Shown here piece by piece: positions 52,836 through 55,468 of a stretch of 55,468 bases of DNA. The DNA is from a virus (Duplodnaviria > Caudoviricetes), in IMG/VR virus record IMGVR_UViG_3300043449_000430, positions 1 to 55,468 of that record; one strand, 5' to 3'. A program made the position numbers and the translations under genes. The notes below the pieces were generated by a model, which was not told the origin of the DNA, made no database searches, and saw only the letters and a list, made by a program, of their open reading frames with translations. Position 1 is the stretch's first letter. The number at the start of each line of letters is the position of its first letter.

Positions 52836-53281
52836 ACGTCACCTGTTTGATTCTCTGAGCGTCTAATTACTACCTTGTATGACTCAACTGTCCCGAAAGG
52901 GCCTACGAAAGGCTCATACGTGGCTATTTCAAATAGGGTACCCTTGCCAGATCTTGGACCAGATGTTTCCATATAAACAAGGTTTCCCTCTTGGTCTCTA
53001 ATGTCTGTTATTAATATGTTTGTTAGGGAATTTTTGTTATCACGAGAAGAGATTCTAAGGTCTGACTTTGTTCTGCCAACTAGGACTGAGTTCTGTGTTA
53101 TATTTACGTTTGGCTTTACTTCTTCTTTAAATGCAGATCCGCCTGAAGAAAATGTACAAGCAAACACTCTGTCTAGGACCCACTGCTTTTTAATTGCGCC
53201 AAAGTCACCCTGCTCAACTATTGGATGATATACAGATGCTTGAAGCGGGTACATGAAGTCTGGGGTTTCACACACTGTCAT
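52832..53281 (-). CDS. Putative head closure protein
   Basis: Position and size in the head-tail block. Confidence 0.5.
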   Translation of the reverse strand: MTVCETPDFMYPLQASVYHPIVEQGDFGAIKKQWVLDRVFACTFSSGGSAFKEEVKPNVNITQNSVLVGRTKSDLRISSRDNKNSLTNILITDIRDQEGNLVYMETSGPRSGKGTLFEIATYEPFVGPFGTVESYKVVIRRSENQTGDV

Positions 53282-54177
53282 TATAGAACCCCAATTTTTG
53301 TAATAGACTTAGCATACTTTGAAAGTATTTTGTCTACAATTATGTTTCCCGTTCCTTCGAAAAGACCCTTGTCAAACTGAATTCTATACTGATCTGTATT
53401 GTAAGAAGAAATAAATCTCTTATAGTAGTCTAACTTTCCACATTCGATATCATGGATAAGCATCTCTGCTGCTCTTGTAATGTCTGATGGAACATTTGTA
53501 TACCCATGTTCTACAGTTATTGCATAGTCCCAAGTCTTGCCAAATCCTCTATAAACAAACTGAGGATCAAGAGAGTCTGAAGATGCTGCAGGAAGAACTA
53601 GCGGAGCAGACTCTGCACGATTGATATTGTCTGTAGACTTTTCAACAATTGCTGTCTTGTCTGGAGTTACTTCAAACTGTCTATCTGTTACTAACTTATT
53701 ATTTTCATAAACACTTAAGACTTTCTTTACATCATCCCAGATAGGCAAGTAGTCTGATCCAGTTCCTGTAAAACTCAAAACCTTTTTCTTGTAATAAAAT
53801 CCTTCTGGAATTACTGAATCGATAACCGCTCTTGCAATTTCTTCATTTATTGCATATGCAGATATGTCTGATGCAGTTGTTCCTTTGGTTGATGGATCAA
53901 CATACGGTCTGACTATCTCGTATGTTTCATCCTGTAAAATTTCTTCATCTTCCCCGCCAAGATCTGATACAACTTCTACTCTATAAGAGGAGTCGTACTT
54001 TCCTGACAATGAAATTTCTAGTAAGTCTCCAGATGATGCATCTGGGAAGTTTAACTCTGAGATTGAAAGGTCCGCCATATCCGTTATGGTGACAGATATA
54101 TCTTTATTTGTAATTCCCGCAGGAACTACAAAATTAGCAGGTACATCTGCATATGGCGAAACTCTCAATATTTCCAT
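53281..54177 (-). CDS. Putative head-tail adaptor
   Basis: GY..VPSDI..A and DKILSKY adaptor-type motifs; start MEILRV. Confidence 0.6.
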   Translation of the reverse strand: MEILRVSPYADVPANFVVPAGITNKDISVTITDMADLSISELNFPDASSGDLLEISLSGKYDSSYRVEVVSDLGGEDEEILQDETYEIVRPYVDPSTKGTTASDISAYAINEEIARAVIDSVIPEGFYYKKKVLSFTGTGSDYLPIWDDVKKVLSVYENNKLVTDRQFEVTPDKTAIVEKSTDNINRAESAPLVLPAASSDSLDPQFVYRGFGKTWDYAITVEHGYTNVPSDITRAAEMLIHDIECGKLDYYKRFISSYNTDQYRIQFDKGLFEGTGNIIVDKILSKYAKSITKIGVL

Positions 54178-54179
54178 AA

Positions 54180-54641
54180 TTATCCGAAAGCCTTCTGGAC
54201 TTCTTCTGGTGTAGCGGTACGGACATGTGAGCGTGTAAGCCACTTGTCTGCTTGTGCCTTTGTTACGATATTGTAACCCTTAGAAATTGAACCAACTTCT
54301 TCCCAGCGAACACTCTTTGTTGAGTGAATTGCCACCTTGTCTGAAAGTTCTGCTTCTGGCTTGATTGTCTTCTTTGGTCCATCTGCTGCCATTGATCCAA
54401 TAGCCCCTGTCTTTGTAAATCCTAGGGACTGAACTGGCTCTTCTGCTGCTGGAGCCTCTACAACTACAGCAGGGGCTTCTTTAACCTCTACTGGTGCTTC
54501 GACAACTGGAGCCTCTACGACTGGTGCTTCTTCAACTGTTTCAACTTTGGCTGCTGCTTCAGCAACTTGCTCTGGAGTTGACCAGTATCCGACAGAAGTC
54601 TTTTCATCTTTTACTTCTGAAACGTTATTGTTATTTTCCAT
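54180..54641 (-). CDS. Hypothetical protein with VEAP repeats
   Basis: AGGAGG SD; VEEAPVVEAPVVEAP low-complexity linker. Confidence 0.65.
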   Translation of the reverse strand: MENNNNVSEVKDEKTSVGYWSTPEQVAEAAAKVETVEEAPVVEAPVVEAPVEVKEAPAVVVEAPAAEEPVQSLGFTKTGAIGSMAADGPKKTIKPEAELSDKVAIHSTKSVRWEEVGSISKGYNIVTKAQADKWLTRSHVRTATPEEVQKAFG

Positions 54642-54677
54642 TGTATCCTCCTTGTTTGTATTATATCATTAAAGTAT

Positions 54678-54712
54678 TAAGGGGGACAGGAGAGTGAACT
54701 CCCGCCCCCCAT
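54678..54712 (-). terminator. Hairpin terminator after the major capsid gene
   Basis: GGGGGCGGGAG...CTCCTGTCCCCC hairpin. Confidence 0.6.
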
Positions 54713-54731
54713 TAAAGGTACTGTTTACAGA

Positions 54732-55468
54732 TTATGCATCTGATGCAGCGTCAGCGAATGCAATTGCATCCTCTTCTTCCCACTGAATACCAAAGCGGAC
54801 GAATACTGTGTATTCAATTGTGTCCTTCTTTGCTACGTATTCACGGTTTACAGTGATATCACGCTGGAATCCCCATACACGGTTTGCAGGGAATGTCAAG
54901 TCGATATAGCCTGCTGGGTAGTAAGGAACTTCCTGAACTTCGATTCCGAGAACACGAGTTGTACGTGCTCCACCGAATGTCTGTCCGATACCATCAAGGT
55001 ATGACTGGCGGTTTGCCTGGGTTGATCCTGGCATCTGGCCTGCGAATGCTTCTGCAACTGCATCAGCAAGTGTACCGTTGTTCTTAACGATTCCACCGAA
55101 TGCATCTGTACCTGCGTAGAACTTAAGATTGTTCTTAAGTGCACGGTACTTACGTGGCATTGCATTGATGATGCCCTGCATTACATCAGGTGTCCAAGCA
55201 TTATCTGCTACGGTTACAACTGACTCATGTGCATCTCCATTTTCCTTTACCTTGTTGATAAAGCCTGGCATGATTGACAAGAATGCTCCTGTTTCACCAT
55301 CACCATTGATAGCGAGATCTTCGATATCATTTGCGAATGCGTTTGTCATCAAGCGTACCAAGTGATCTTCTAGAGCGTCACCTTCTACACCATCTTCCAA
55401 TGATTCTGCTGTTACTTCCCAATCAAGACGAATCTTCTTGGTAGTAAGTTCGACCTTAGAGAATGTTG
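54732..55468 (-). CDS. Major capsid protein (HK97 fold), 5' end outside the window
   Basis: Frame open to the window edge (…FSKVELTTKKIRLDWEVTAESLEDG…), DLAINGD, LGI.V..VP. Confidence 0.85.
   Translation of the reverse strand, partial: TFSKVELTTKKIRLDWEVTAESLEDGVEGDALEDHLVRLMTNAFANDIEDLAINGDGETGAFLSIMPGFINKVKENGDAHESVVTVADNAWTPDVMQGIINAMPRKYRALKNNLKFYAGTDAFGGIVKNNGTLADAVAEAFAGQMPGSTQANRQSYLDGIGQTFGGARTTRVLGIEVQEVPYYPAGYIDLTFPANRVWGFQRDITVNREYVAKKDTIEYTVFVRFGIQWEEEDAIAFADAASDA

Noticed and set aside
1-55468. Stop-codon reassignment despite the phage tRNA
   Set aside because: Genes are full length and tightly packed under the standard code; TAA, TAG and TGA all end genes; the tRNA is a sense Asn tRNA
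1-55468. Prophage, integrase or host chromosome flank
   Set aside because: No integrase, att-like repeat or host housekeeping block seen; lifestyle cannot be determined from this window

Overview
This window is 55.5 kb of a tailed dsDNA phage genome, siphovirus-like (major tail protein, 2967-aa tape measure, no sheath gene seen). The host is very probably an actinobacterium, judging from WhiB, DnaE with an intact-looking PHP domain and many leaderless TANNNT promoters. All credible genes except one (174..869) are on the minus strand. In transcription order (right to left) the window holds: major capsid (partial), head-tail and tail genes, a replication/recombination module (DnaB, primase, SSB, DnaE, RecA, Cas4-like, RuvC-like), terminase, and an ~18 kb accessory region. 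The accessory region encodes secreted or surface proteins, proteases, tRNA-Asn, a carbamoyltransferase, a CHAP lysin, an APS kinase-nucleotidyltransferase fusion with three DUF2061 genes, 2OG-Fe(II) oxygenases, WhiB and Hsp20. The best leads are: (1) a protein-kinase-like domain, plus a possible His-Me nuclease-like segment, embedded in the tape measure protein; (2) a possible compact PAPS-synthesis module; (3) a host-surface-display gene block; (4) tail chaperones made by gene duplication rather than frameshifting; (5) several unnamed structured RNAs, namely a repeated pseudoknot, two small promoter-driven units and a ROSE-like thermometer. All family calls come from motifs read by eye; no searches were run.
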